Assembly (NCBI GenBank): GCA_043803685.1 | Contig: JAZDJU010000031.1 | Span: 7,114 to 71,113 of the forward strand | Reading direction: 5' to 3' | Source of the DNA: Candidatus Omnitrophota bacterium | GTDB lineage: Bacteria > Omnitrophota > Omnitrophia > Omnitrophales > Aquincolibacteriaceae | DNA length: 64,000 bases | In this document: positions 36,501-46,800 of the stretch, one piece after another | Layout of the letters: the number at the start of each line of letters is the position of its first letter | How positions within the stretch are numbered: position 1 is the first letter of the stretch | Translations under genes and position numbers: made by a program | The notes under the pieces: generated by a model | What the model saw: the letters and a program-made list of their open reading frames with translations, nothing else | Told to the model about the DNA's origin: nothing | The model's database searches: none

Positions 36501-36513
36501 AAAAGCTCCTTTG

Positions 36514-36951
36514 TTATTCTGCCGCTAATTTTTCCGCGAGTTCTTCGAAATGATTTTTGTGCTGATCAAAAAAACCTTGCCACTTCTCCTTCGCCCAAAT
36601 TTCGATGCGACTTGAAACGCCGACGATCATGACGTCCGTCTTGACGTCGGCATAGGTCTTGAGATAGTCCGGGATCAGGATCCTCCCCTGTTTGTCGCAA
36701 ATGACTTCGGAGGCGCCTGAGAAGAAAAGCCGGTTGAAAGTTCGGGATTCGGCTTTTGTAAAAGGCATGTCGCGGAACTTCTTTTCTTCCAGCTTCCACT
36801 GCTCTTCCGTGAAAACGAACAGACATTGATCAAGACCGCGGGTGATGAAAAAACGCTCCACATAGCGTTCCTTAAAGATCTCGCGGAACTTGGCAGGGAT
36901 CATGACGCGGCTTTTAGCATCAATCACATGTTCGAATTCACCGTAAAACAT
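36514..36951 (-). CDS. mraZ: Transcriptional regulator MraZ
   Basis: MFYGEFEHVIDAKSRVMIPAKFR plus a second SpoVT/AbrB-like repeat. Confidence 0.9.
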   Translation of the reverse strand: MFYGEFEHVIDAKSRVMIPAKFREIFKERYVERFFITRGLDQCLFVFTEEQWKLEEKKFRDMPFTKAESRTFNRLFFSGASEVICDKQGRILIPDYLKTYADVKTDVMIVGVSSRIEIWAKEKWQGFFDQHKNHFEELAEKLAAE

Positions 36952-36974
36952 GGATCTTCTTTCCTTTCAGGGTT

Positions 36975-36999
36975 CCCACCTTCTACCACTTTGCCCCAC
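36975..36999 (-). promoter_or_regulatory. Three 10-bp-spaced GTGG[G/T] direct repeats (putative MraZ boxes)
   Basis: The minus strand reads GTGGGgcaaaGTGGTagaagGTGGG, 24-48 nt upstream of the mraZ ATG. Confidence 0.5.
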
Positions 37000-37210
37000 T
37001 TTATTATCGGCGGCAGTATATGTTTCCATTAATAGGGTGTCAATGTTCTTTTTTATAGGGAACCCGAGAAATATAGAGACACACCATCCGAAGTGTTTTT
37101 TGTGCGGGGGACCACAAGATAAGGGGAGAAAAAAAGGCCGGGCTAGAACAAGCTAAATGGGGTTTTACAAAATAATGATACTGAAAGGAACAGCGGCAAT
37201 CGATGAACTT

Positions 37211-37930
37211 CTACTGGTTTTCGATGTAGAGGATGCGGGAACAGTTCTCACAAACGATGATCTGCTGACCGAGCCGGATCTCGTTAATAAGTTGCGGACG
37301 TAATTGCATTTGGCAGGCAGCGCAAACTTCACCATGCACGACCGCAAGTGCCAACCCTTGTTTTTTGAGGGCGATCCGGTTGTAAAGCTCTTTGAGCTCG
37401 GGAGGAAGTACCGCCACGGATTCTTCGCGCTGTTTCTGCAGGTCCCCGAGACGTCCCTGCAAAGTCTTTTCCTGCGTAGTCATTGCATTGTCCCGGTCCT
37501 GAAAAGATTTTGTCACAGAAACCAATTTCTCTTTTTCCTTACGCGTCTCTTCTTTGGCAGCATCCACTTCATCCATAATGTGAATGATCCCTTCTTCAAG
37601 AAGAGAATTGTCGGCTTTCAAAGAAGCGATCTCCTGCTGAAGCGCGGCATATTCCTTGTTCGTCTTCACCTGGGAGAGCTGCCCATCGAGCTTCTTGATC
37701 TGCATCTCTTTTTGCCCGAGCTCCAACTCTTTTTCCTTCTGCTTCAGCTGAATGTCTTTAAGGGACTTCTCCAGATCGTTCAGATGAGTCTTTTCGAGTT
37801 CGAGTTCTGACTTGAGTTGGACCCTCTGCGAGGGGATCTCTTCCAAGCGGACCTTGGCGTGATGGATCTCACTGTCCAATTGCTGGGCTTTTTTCAGAGC
37901 ATCAAGATTCTGGGTAACAGGGCTTAGCAT
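37211..37930 (-). CDS. Coiled-coil protein with C-terminal C4 zinc ribbon (COG1579-like)
   Basis: Long heptad-rich region followed by CAACQMQL...CENCSRILY. Confidence 0.75.
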   Translation of the reverse strand: MLSPVTQNLDALKKAQQLDSEIHHAKVRLEEIPSQRVQLKSELELEKTHLNDLEKSLKDIQLKQKEKELELGQKEMQIKKLDGQLSQVKTNKEYAALQQEIASLKADNSLLEEGIIHIMDEVDAAKEETRKEKEKLVSVTKSFQDRDNAMTTQEKTLQGRLGDLQKQREESVAVLPPELKELYNRIALKKQGLALAVVHGEVCAACQMQLRPQLINEIRLGQQIIVCENCSRILYIENQ

Positions 37931-38102
37931 AAGTAGGAGGGATTATAGAAGAGATGGCAGGCACCATCAAGGAGAAATACGAGAAAATACGAGTACTGTA
38001 TTATGAAACCCTAAATCAAACCGCGGTTCCCGTTGTAAAGGAAAAAGATGGGGCTATAATAACCTCTGTCATAAATACGATCTTCTATCTTAGGGCAATG
38101 GC

Positions 38103-39104
38103 ATGATGACGATCCGCCAGGAAAAGTTACGCCAAAGGTTCGCCGCGTTCCGGTCGAAATTCGCCGGACACATGCAAAGAATCCGTCCCCGTGTCGCGTT
38201 CAAGATCCTCGCCGGCATCCTACTGTTATTTCCATGGATGGTCGCCTCGCTGGTCGCGAGCTTTCTAAGGGTAGGGCACTGGCGCAAGATCGCAACGTGC
38301 CGGACTTTCCTCAAACGTCACGCGCTCGCCTTTGACGGCATCGATCCAGAAATGCTCACCGTAGAATCGGTCTCGGGAGGCGTTAGCAATTCCAATCAGA
38401 TATGGCAATGCCGAAAAACCTCCGGAGAAGAGATCCGCTATTTCGTGAAGATCTTTCTTGATGCTGGGAGTTTCTGGGCCAAACACCTGAGTTTCGTAAG
38501 CCCCTTCCCTTCCATCTACGGCGGCAAGGTCCACGAACGTTTTACCGTGGACATGGTCAGCCGCGTCCAGCTCGAAAAGATCGGCGTCCCGGTCCCGCGC
38601 CTCGTCGCTTACGACGCTGTCGAAAAAGTCATGGTGACTGAGCACATCGAGGGAGAAACAGTCGATTCGATCCTGGAACGCATCGGAGAACGCGCGGCCC
38701 TGGGGCCCGGGGACGAAGCCGTCGTCCGCCAGTGCGCGATTGGGTTGGCCAGGATCCACCGGGCGGGTTTTTCTCTGATCGACACCCAACCCGTCAATTG
38801 CATCTGGGTTCCGGTGGAACAGAAGGTCTATTTCACAGATCTGGAATTCTGCAGTTCCCAGGACAAACGGGTTTGGGATATCGGATTTTTTCTGTGCTTC
38901 ATCGCCGTGAGGCTTTCAGGTACCGTACGGCAGGAGGTACGCAATATTTTCCTGGAAAGTTATCAGAAGGAACGTCAGATCGACCTTGCCCAAGTCGCGG
39001 AAACCGGCCGCCAGCTCCAGGAATATATGCCAGTCTTTCAGGCGATCCTGGATATCCGCCGTTTCACGCCCGAGGAACTTTTCGAAGGTCTTATTTCCAC
39101 GTAA
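38103..39104 (+). CDS. Protein-kinase-like fold protein (Kdo/WaaP/RIO-like)
   Basis: YFVKIF...VPVPRLVAYD...VTEHIEGETV...IHRAGFSLIDTQPVNCIWV...FTDLEF motifs. Confidence 0.6.
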   Translation: MMTIRQEKLRQRFAAFRSKFAGHMQRIRPRVAFKILAGILLLFPWMVASLVASFLRVGHWRKIATCRTFLKRHALAFDGIDPEMLTVESVSGGVSNSNQIWQCRKTSGEEIRYFVKIFLDAGSFWAKHLSFVSPFPSIYGGKVHERFTVDMVSRVQLEKIGVPVPRLVAYDAVEKVMVTEHIEGETVDSILERIGERAALGPGDEAVVRQCAIGLARIHRAGFSLIDTQPVNCIWVPVEQKVYFTDLEFCSSQDKRVWDIGFFLCFIAVRLSGTVRQEVRNIFLESYQKERQIDLAQVAETGRQLQEYMPVFQAILDIRRFTPEELFEGLIST

Positions 39105-39172
39105 CCTCGTACGGAGTGCGGCGAGGAAAGTTTGCACGCCGCACGCACAACGCCGCACACCTTACGAACTTG

Positions 39173-39637
39173 TTAAAAATCAACGCCGAGCCATTCCACC
39201 CATTGCTGTTTCCTGGGGAACGCAAGCCAAAAACCCGTCAGAGCCACAACGGCGAACGGTATAAAATCATGCGGCTGTCGTCCCAGGAAAACAAGAAGCA
39301 TCCCCAGGAGAAGCGGAAGCTCAGCCCCAGCGCTCATCAGGATCGTTCTCACGAGAAGTCTTTGAACCGGACGTTCCGTGCTGGGTAGGGACGCGGGAAC
39401 TGCATCGAATGCCCGGCGGCTCAATTGTTGCATCATGAAGATCCCGATGACCGAAACAACCAACGCCCCGTACTTGGCGAGCGGATAAGTCTGAGCGTTC
39501 AGGATCGCGGGCCCCGACTTCCCCATTTGGATCAAATAGTATCCGACCACGCCGTACGCCACGACGGAAAACGCCATAGCGATCGTCATCATCCGCGCTT
39601 GCGCGTAGAACCTTTTTGCCGTTTCTGCCCGGTCCAT
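39173..39637 (-). CDS. Hypothetical membrane protein
   Basis: 154-aa ORF with 4 predicted TM segments. Confidence 0.5.
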   Translation of the reverse strand: MDRAETAKRFYAQARMMTIAMAFSVVAYGVVGYYLIQMGKSGPAILNAQTYPLAKYGALVVSVIGIFMMQQLSRRAFDAVPASLPSTERPVQRLLVRTILMSAGAELPLLLGMLLVFLGRQPHDFIPFAVVALTGFWLAFPRKQQWVEWLGVDF

Positions 39638-39674
39638 GAACCGTTTCTCCTTGGGTTAAAAACGTTGAGTGTCC

Positions 39675-40073
39675 TTAGAATTTATGCCCCCGCCATTCTC
39701 CGGGAGGTCCATTCTTTTCCAGCTTCCCGTTCTCATCATAAAATTTAGCGACATGCTCCGGAAGCCCGTTCTTATATACTTCCTCGAATCTCACCTGGCC
39801 ATTCTCATGATAATCCTTGAAGACCCCGTGGAGCGTGCCATCCTTGTAAAACGTCTCACCTTTAAGCCGGCCACTTTTATAATACCACCGGGACGGTCCG
39901 TCAAGCTGTCCGTCCCTGTAGAACTCCTCATTTTTTAATTGGCCATTGGGATAATACTCCCGGTACGGCCCGTCCTGAACATCGCATCCACCGAGACCGA
40001 ACAACGTCACCAGGGTCACGATCCCCAGGATCACACCTGCGAGCAGAAACACCTTTTTGAGATTCACTCTCAC
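39675..40073 (-). CDS. MORN-repeat-variant (YwqK-like) lipoprotein
   Basis: Repeats: YYPNGQLKNEEFYRDGQLDG, YYKSGRLKGETFYKDGTLHG and YHENGQVRFEEVYKNG. A lipobox-like GLGGC is present. Confidence 0.7.
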   Translation of the reverse strand: MRVNLKKVFLLAGVILGIVTLVTLFGLGGCDVQDGPYREYYPNGQLKNEEFYRDGQLDGPSRWYYKSGRLKGETFYKDGTLHGVFKDYHENGQVRFEEVYKNGLPEHVAKFYDENGKLEKNGPPGEWRGHKF

Positions 40074-41218
40074 AGCGGCTTCCCCAAATCCGGATTCTCA
40101 AGAATGCTGCCATAATGAAAAATGGCACAGAGCCCGACCTCCGATTCTTCACATATCCGGAATTCTTTTTCGAAGATCTCCGGTGAACGCACAAACTTAT
40201 AAGCCCCGACCCCCAGATACATTCGTCCAAGGTCCTTCACTTTTGTCTTGGCGACTTCGGTCCAGCGTTCATATTCCACCGGATCCGGAGAATAATTCAT
40301 GACTGTCACGAAATCCACAAGACCGCGATTCACCCAGGAAGGCCAATCCTGAAAAGCCTCGAAAAGCGCCCGCTCATAGGACATGCACCCCGTTGCGGAA
40401 ACCCGGATCCGGGGACGGATATCCCGCGCCTTTTGGATACAAAGCCCCAAGAGCTCCGTCACCTGAGCTCGTTTCCAATCCCCCCAGGCCCGGCTCCCCT
40501 CCCGGATCTTTTTGAGCCGGGTTGTTTTCTTGAAACGTTCCATGTTGATCGGCGTATAACCGTACCGCGGATGAGCGTCCGGATATCGGATATAATCAAA
40601 CTGAAGGCCGTCCAGGTCCGGATATGTCCTGACGATCTCCCCCACCATCGTGACTAGTTCCTGACGGACCCGCGTATCCCCCGGCTCGAGAAAATACTGG
40701 TTATCGATCTTGTAGTCCTGGAGCGTCTTTTTTTCTTCAAGATTCCGCGTCAGGATGTCCGGCCCATATTTTTTAAGGAGCGGCGCGTCTTCATTCTCGC
40801 TCAAACTCAGCATGTTGAGCCAGGCATGAACCTCGATCCCGGCGTTATGCGCCTCCCGGATCAAGAGCGCGAAAGGATCTTCTCCGAGCGTTTTAAGAAC
40901 CGCTTCATACGGCGCGGGATCCCCCACCGTGGAAGGGAACCAGGTCTTATTGGCGCGATAGATCTGGACGAAGAGGGTCTTGATGCGCGCTTCCTTCGCG
41001 AAACGGATCAGTTCCATGAGGGTCTCGCGACTCGAAAGCGTCGGCGGGTTCTGGATCAACGAAACAAAAAGACCGCGAGAAGAAGACGTCCTTCGGGGCA
41101 GGTTTTCGATGTCTTTCTGTGACGCGCCTAAATCGTGGGATCCCGGGGTTTCACACTTGGCCGGAACCTGGAAAAGTGTTAAGAGACACAAAAGAAGGAT
41201 CGGTATTTTTTTCTTCAC
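40070..41218 (-). CDS. Glycoside-hydrolase-like family 10 (GHL10/DUF187) protein
   Basis: Signal peptide and a TIM-barrel-like pattern (LFVQIYRANKTWFPS...VHAWLNM...LQFDYIRYP). Confidence 0.65.
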   Translation of the reverse strand: MKKKIPILLLCLLTLFQVPAKCETPGSHDLGASQKDIENLPRRTSSSRGLFVSLIQNPPTLSSRETLMELIRFAKEARIKTLFVQIYRANKTWFPSTVGDPAPYEAVLKTLGEDPFALLIREAHNAGIEVHAWLNMLSLSENEDAPLLKKYGPDILTRNLEEKKTLQDYKIDNQYFLEPGDTRVRQELVTMVGEIVRTYPDLDGLQFDYIRYPDAHPRYGYTPINMERFKKTTRLKKIREGSRAWGDWKRAQVTELLGLCIQKARDIRPRIRVSATGCMSYERALFEAFQDWPSWVNRGLVDFVTVMNYSPDPVEYERWTEVAKTKVKDLGRMYLGVGAYKFVRSPEIFEKEFRICEESEVGLCAIFHYGSILENPDLGKPL

Positions 41219-41239
41219 AAGAGGAGTTCCATCGTTCTA

Positions 41240-42685
41240 TCAGACTTGGCCCGCCTGAGAATCAGGACGAGGCTCGCCCGTCTTCGCAGGATGGCCGATC
41301 ACCCGAAGGAACGCCTTCACGACCTCGGGCCGGAATTGGGTGCCACTCGCACGTTCGATCTCACCAACCGCAACCTCATGCGTCAGCGGTTGGCGGTAGG
41401 GTCGTATCGAAGTCATGGCATCATAAGCGTCAGCAATGGATACGATCTGGGACGCCTGATCGATCTCTTCTCCCTTGAGACCATCGGGATAGCCCGCACC
41501 GTCCACACGCTCATGATGCGACCGTATCACACGCAGCAGTTCGGGGTCGAGGACCGGTTCCAGGATCCTTTCCCCGGTCACGGGATGCTCCTTCATGGCC
41601 ACCCACTCTTCGGCGTTGAGCTTGCCTTTTTTATTCAAGATCGCTTCCCGGACGACAAGTTTTCCGACATCGTGAAGCTCGGCAACGCACCAGACGAGTT
41701 CCGCCTTTTCGGGGTTCAGGCCAAGCTCAAGCGCCACTTGACGCGCCAAGTGCGCCACGCGCTCGGAATGACCCTGCGTATAAGAGTCCTTCGCTTCCAA
41801 GGCCCGCACAAGCGCCTGGGCCACCTTGAAAAAATAATTCTGAAGACGCTTGCGGGAATCCGAAAGGCTCTCGGCCATCTTATTGAAGGAATCCGCCAAT
41901 TCTCCGATCTCGTCTTTCGATCGCACGACAACCCGGTAATCCAGATTATCCTTGGCCAGCTGCCGCGTGCCCTCCGCGAGCTTTCGCACCGGACCCGAAA
42001 CATTTCCGGCGATAAATATCCCGAGCACACAGCAAAGGAGGATCCCGGAGAAAAATACGACCGCCATGCGTTGTTTCACTTCCTGCTGCATCTTGGCGAT
42101 ATCATTCGCCAGAATGTCCACACCAATGATCGCGATGACTTTCCCGTCCTTCGCGAAGATCGGAGCATAACCAGACAGCACCAACCCCCAGGGATCCTCC
42201 GCAAGTTCACGATCCGCGGAAGGCTTATCAAAAGCCGCGAGCATTTCAGGAAGACGGCGGGCATCATAAAGATCCCCGGGACGCGCAGCCCCGCGGACCG
42301 TATGCCCTTCCCGGGTCGGAACGTCCGTATCGACCAAAAACCGCAACATCCCGGGAGTCTCCGTCTTCGCCATGATGTAGATGTATTGAAGCGGGCTATT
42401 GCGTTCGACCACCCTGTAAAGCTTGGAGGCTATCTCACGGTAAGCGGGACTCCGGACCCCTTCCCGCGTCAGAGGGATCGTCTGAAGCGCCTCGGCATCG
42501 ACCGCCAAGGAAGCGGTCTGGGCAATAGCGATGAGAGACTTTCGCAGTTGTTCGAAATTGGAGGCGAGATTAAAACGATAGACGAAAAAATTATTCAATC
42601 CCGTGACAAAGACCATCGCAAGAACCAAGGCCAGCGTCACGCGCGTCTTAAAACTATAAAAAAAAGCCCTGTTTTTCATCCACAT
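41240..42685 (-). CDS. Membrane sensor with HAMP and HD-GYP phosphodiesterase domains
   Basis: ELHDVGK and HHERVDGAGYPDGL motifs, with a periplasmic Cache-like region and a HAMP domain. Start set at MWMKNRAFF. Confidence 0.85.
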   Translation of the reverse strand: MWMKNRAFFYSFKTRVTLALVLAMVFVTGLNNFFVYRFNLASNFEQLRKSLIAIAQTASLAVDAEALQTIPLTREGVRSPAYREIASKLYRVVERNSPLQYIYIMAKTETPGMLRFLVDTDVPTREGHTVRGAARPGDLYDARRLPEMLAAFDKPSADRELAEDPWGLVLSGYAPIFAKDGKVIAIIGVDILANDIAKMQQEVKQRMAVVFFSGILLCCVLGIFIAGNVSGPVRKLAEGTRQLAKDNLDYRVVVRSKDEIGELADSFNKMAESLSDSRKRLQNYFFKVAQALVRALEAKDSYTQGHSERVAHLARQVALELGLNPEKAELVWCVAELHDVGKLVVREAILNKKGKLNAEEWVAMKEHPVTGERILEPVLDPELLRVIRSHHERVDGAGYPDGLKGEEIDQASQIVSIADAYDAMTSIRPYRQPLTHEVAVGEIERASGTQFRPEVVKAFLRVIGHPAKTGEPRPDSQAGQV

Positions 42686-42710
42686 CTCCCGGTCTGAAGG
42701 ACCGAACGGC

Positions 42711-43517
42711 TCACTCCCCGATTTGAGGCCGGCTCCTTCTCTGGACCGCGAGCACTTCTTTCGCTTTATCCAACAGGATGTCGGGATCATTTCTTTCGAT
42801 CAGCTGAGTATCGATCACGCGACAGATGCTCTTCACGGCCGTACGATCAAAAGAGGGATCGGGTGCCATGTACAAGAGCACGGGAATGTCCATCGTTCGC
42901 GGCATCTGCTTGAGCTTCATACAGACCAGATCCCCCGAAATGTCCGGAAGTCCCAATTTGATCACGATAAGATCAGGGAGTTCGACCATGATCTTTTCAA
43001 ACGCCGTCAACGCGCTTAAAGCGGATTCCACCGCGTACCCGGCATTCAGAAAAGATATGGCGATCTTCCCCAGGGCCACCTCATCATCGTCCACCACCAG
43101 GATCTTTTTGGCCCCCTTGGCGATTTTCTCTTCTTCCGCGTCCGGGATGTTATACCGTTTCTTCATCACAACATCGATCTCGCGCATGACATCCTCGACG
43201 TCAAAGGGCTTGGTGATGAACCCGTCCACATCCAGGTCCTTGAAAAGCTTTCCTAATTCTTCGCGCACCGTCAAGACGATGAGCGGAACGACCGGCTTTC
43301 CTTTTCCCAACATGATCTTTCCGTAAAGTTCGATCCCGTTCATCTTGGGCATATTGATGTCCAGGATCACAAGGTCCGGATACTTTTCGAAGATCATGGC
43401 GAGACCTTTTTGCCCATCCACCGCTTCGAGGACCTTGTATTTGGTCTCCAGATAGAACCGGAGGATCTTCCGGACCTCTTCCGAATCGTCGATCACAAGC
43501 ACCGTTTTCATGTCCAT
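42711..43517 (-). CDS. Tandem-REC response regulator
   Basis: Two receiver domains (VLVIDDSEEV...DLVILDINMP; ILVVDDDEV...DLIVIKLGLPD). Confidence 0.8.
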   Translation of the reverse strand: MDMKTVLVIDDSEEVRKILRFYLETKYKVLEAVDGQKGLAMIFEKYPDLVILDINMPKMNGIELYGKIMLGKGKPVVPLIVLTVREELGKLFKDLDVDGFITKPFDVEDVMREIDVVMKKRYNIPDAEEEKIAKGAKKILVVDDDEVALGKIAISFLNAGYAVESALSALTAFEKIMVELPDLIVIKLGLPDISGDLVCMKLKQMPRTMDIPVLLYMAPDPSFDRTAVKSICRVIDTQLIERNDPDILLDKAKEVLAVQRRSRPQIGE

Positions 43518-43530
43518 AAGATATCCGCTC

Positions 43531-43851
43531 CTATATGTTTTTTTTCAATTCTTCCATGAGACTTTTCAAACTCTTCACCCGTAACTCGATCGTTTCCAGG
43601 TCCAGCCCGATCTTCGCCGCCGTCTCCAACTCCTTGGCCGTCAAATAGATCTCTTCGATCCTCAGATTCCCGGCAGCCCCCTTGATGAAGTGGGCCGATC
43701 TCGCGATCTTTTCAAAATCCTTTTCCTGAAAAGCCTTTTCAAGATCCAGCATCACGCCTTCGGACTGGCCGGAAAATCCGACCACAAGCCCGTCATAAAG
43801 CCCTTCGGGGATCCCCAGTTCCTGGAGAGCCTTTTGCCTGTCCCACTTCAT
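43531..43851 (-). CDS. Hpt phosphotransfer protein
   Basis: SAHFIKGAAGNL contains the HxxKG motif. 106 aa. Confidence 0.75.
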   Translation of the reverse strand: MKWDRQKALQELGIPEGLYDGLVVGFSGQSEGVMLDLEKAFQEKDFEKIARSAHFIKGAAGNLRIEEIYLTAKELETAAKIGLDLETIELRVKSLKSLMEELKKNI

Positions 43852-43887
43852 ACAATGCCCCGCTTCCCGCCCTTGATAGAGCCTATT

Positions 43888-46800
43888 TTAGGAAATATTC
43901 TTGATCCAGTGAAAGATCTTATCCTTGAGTTTATTGATTTCAATGGGTTTCGCAAGATAATCGTTCATCCCCGCCGCAAGACATGTGGCTCTATCATCCT
44001 CCGAGACCCCTGCGGTGAGCGCCAGGATAGGCATGGTTTTATGGAGTTCCTTCCGGATGATCCGCGTCGCTTCAAGGCCTCCCATGACGGGCATTTGAAG
44101 ATCCATCAAGATCAGATCACAGGGCTCCTTCTGCACCTTTTCCACAGCCTCACGTCCATCACAAGCGATTTCGACCACAAAATCGAAACTCCGGAGGATG
44201 ATCGAAAGAAGTTCCTGGGAAGACGGATTGTCTTCCACCACCAGGATCCGAAGTCCTTTGCGCGACAATTCTTCCGCCGTATATTGGGTCACGATCTCCA
44301 CAGGAAGGATCTTTTCCCTTCGATCTCCCAAAACAGTTTTGATGACCTTCAAAAGATTGTCTCTGGAGGCGGGTTTGGACACATAGCCGTCATACCCGCT
44401 TTGTTGCGCCCTGGAAGCCGCCCCCTCCCGCGCCTCTCCCGTGACCGCGACCAATTTGATCGTTTCATATTTCTTATTATTCCGTATTTTTCGAGCCAGC
44501 TCATACCCGTCCATATCGGGCATCACGATATCCGCAAGAATGATATCCGGAAGCAACGACTGCTCTGACAACCACTGCAAAGCGTCTTGGGCAAGCGCGG
44601 ACGAACGCAACACCACCATCTGGACTTCTTCGCAATAATAAGAAAAGATCTTCCGGGCCATTGCATCATCGTCAAGAATGAGGATCTTCTTGCCCGAAAG
44701 TTCCTCATCCTTCAAAGGAAATATCTGGACATCATTCGCCGCCGATTCCACTTCGAGCGGCAGCAAGACTGAAAAAACGCTTCCCTGACCGGGCTCGGAC
44801 TGGACCTCAATCGTCCCTCCCATCAGCTTGACAAGTTCCCTGGAGATCGAAAGTCCCAACCCCGCTCCTCCATACTTGCGCGTCGTGGAAACATCCGCTT
44901 GCTCAAAAGCTCTGAAAACAGCTTCGTATTTTTCACGCGAAAGACCGATCCCCGTATCCCTCACCGCAATCCGGATCATGGCCTCATTGACTGGATCTCT
45001 ATTTTCCATCTTCCCATCCAGCGACACCCGGACCTCGATCTCCCCTTTTTCGGTGAACTTGATCGCATTGCTCAAAAGGTGCATTAAAACCTGCCGGATC
45101 CGGGCAGGGTCCCCGCGAAATCCGTGCGGCACTTTTTCGTCCATCGAACAAAAGATCTTCAGATCTTTTCGGCTGAGTTTTCTCATATGAGCCTTGAGCA
45201 CACCTTCGATCAGGCGTTCGAGGTCGAAATGGATCTTTCCAGGTCGCACTTCCCCGGACGCCATCCTTGAAAAATCCAGCACATCCGTAAGCAGGGAAAG
45301 CAATGTTTCCCCTCCGTCCCGAAGCGTCTCGACGTATCCTTTTTGGACAGGATCCAAACTCGTGCTTTTTAAAAGATCCGAAAAACCGATAATGGCATTC
45401 AGCGGAGTGCGGATCTCATGAGACATGTTGGACAAAAACTGGTCTTTGGCTTTATGGGCCCGGGCCGCTTTCTCGATGGACTCAATAAGCAATATTTCGG
45501 CTTGCTTCCGGTCCGTAATATCACTGAGGATCCCGTCGTAGGACATGAGGCGCCCCGAAGGATCCATGTGAAGCACGGGTGTATTCCGGACCCAACGGAC
45601 CGTACCATCCTTACGCAAAATGCGATGTTCGAGAGGTTGAACGGTTTTTCCTGCAATGACCGCGGCCGAAAATTCGAGCACCCTCGGACGATCCTCTGGA
45701 TACACCATATTTTCCCAAAGAGCCGGTTGGGTCTTGAACTCGTCGGCGGCATAGCCAGTCACCGCCAAACAGGTCGATTGATGGGTCGTCTCAACCGCCA
45801 CGCCATCTTTCACCGTCACGGTGTAGATATAATCTGTGATCGTCGCGAGGATCTGCTGGGTATAGGCCTGGGTCTTTGCTAACTCCGCGGTTCGCTCGCA
45901 AACTCGCGCTTCCAATTCATTGTGAGCTTGTCGCAGGGCTTCTTCCGCCTTTTTTCGTTTGGTTATGTCCCTCGCACAACCCAAGACCTGAACCTTCCCC
46001 TGGATCTTCACAGGAAAAAGTCTTACCTCCGCCACCACAACACTTCCGTCCCTGCGGTGAAGTGTGTACTCCTCAGGATCGGAAGGAAACCCCAGGGTAC
46101 TCCTCGCAAGAGCCGCGGCGGCTTTCGGCATATCCGAAAGAGCTATGAGTTTCATTTTCATAAAACTTTTCCCCATCAATTCTTCCTTTGGGTAACCGCA
46201 TATTTCTTCCGCTGCCTTATTGCCGTCCAGAAAAGTCCCCGTGAGATCGAACAGATAATAGGCGTCGGGAGCATAATCAAATATGACCTTGAGCCTGTCC
46301 TCCGAATCCTTCAGTTTTAAATTCGCCTGGATCCGATCGGTGATATCACGACTTTCCGCGATCAATAGCGAAACCTTTCCTCTTGAGTCCTTGACCGGCT
46401 TCAATGAAAAATCAAGAGAACGAAGCTCTCCGTCTTTGAATGGATGCGTCACTTCGAACCGGACAAACTCACCTTGGGACGCCTTGGCGATGGCCGCGCG
46501 TAATTGGTCCTGCATCTCAGAAGAATGGGTCCACCAAGGTGTCTCCCAAAAGCGTTTCCCCAGGACGTCGGATTCCTTGATCCCCTCAAATTCAAGTGCC
46601 GTTCTGTTCGCGGCCGTGAGAATACCCTCCGGCGTCAGCAATCCGATCAATTGAAAGGCCTGGTCAAAAACCGCGCGGAATTTTCTCTCATGTTCCGAAC
46701 CGATTTCCTCGGCTCTATCCAGTTCGCGCAACTGCCCCTCCAACGCATCATACGCCCTCTGCAAAGAATCCTCAGCGGTCTTGCGTTCGGTCGCTTCCTT

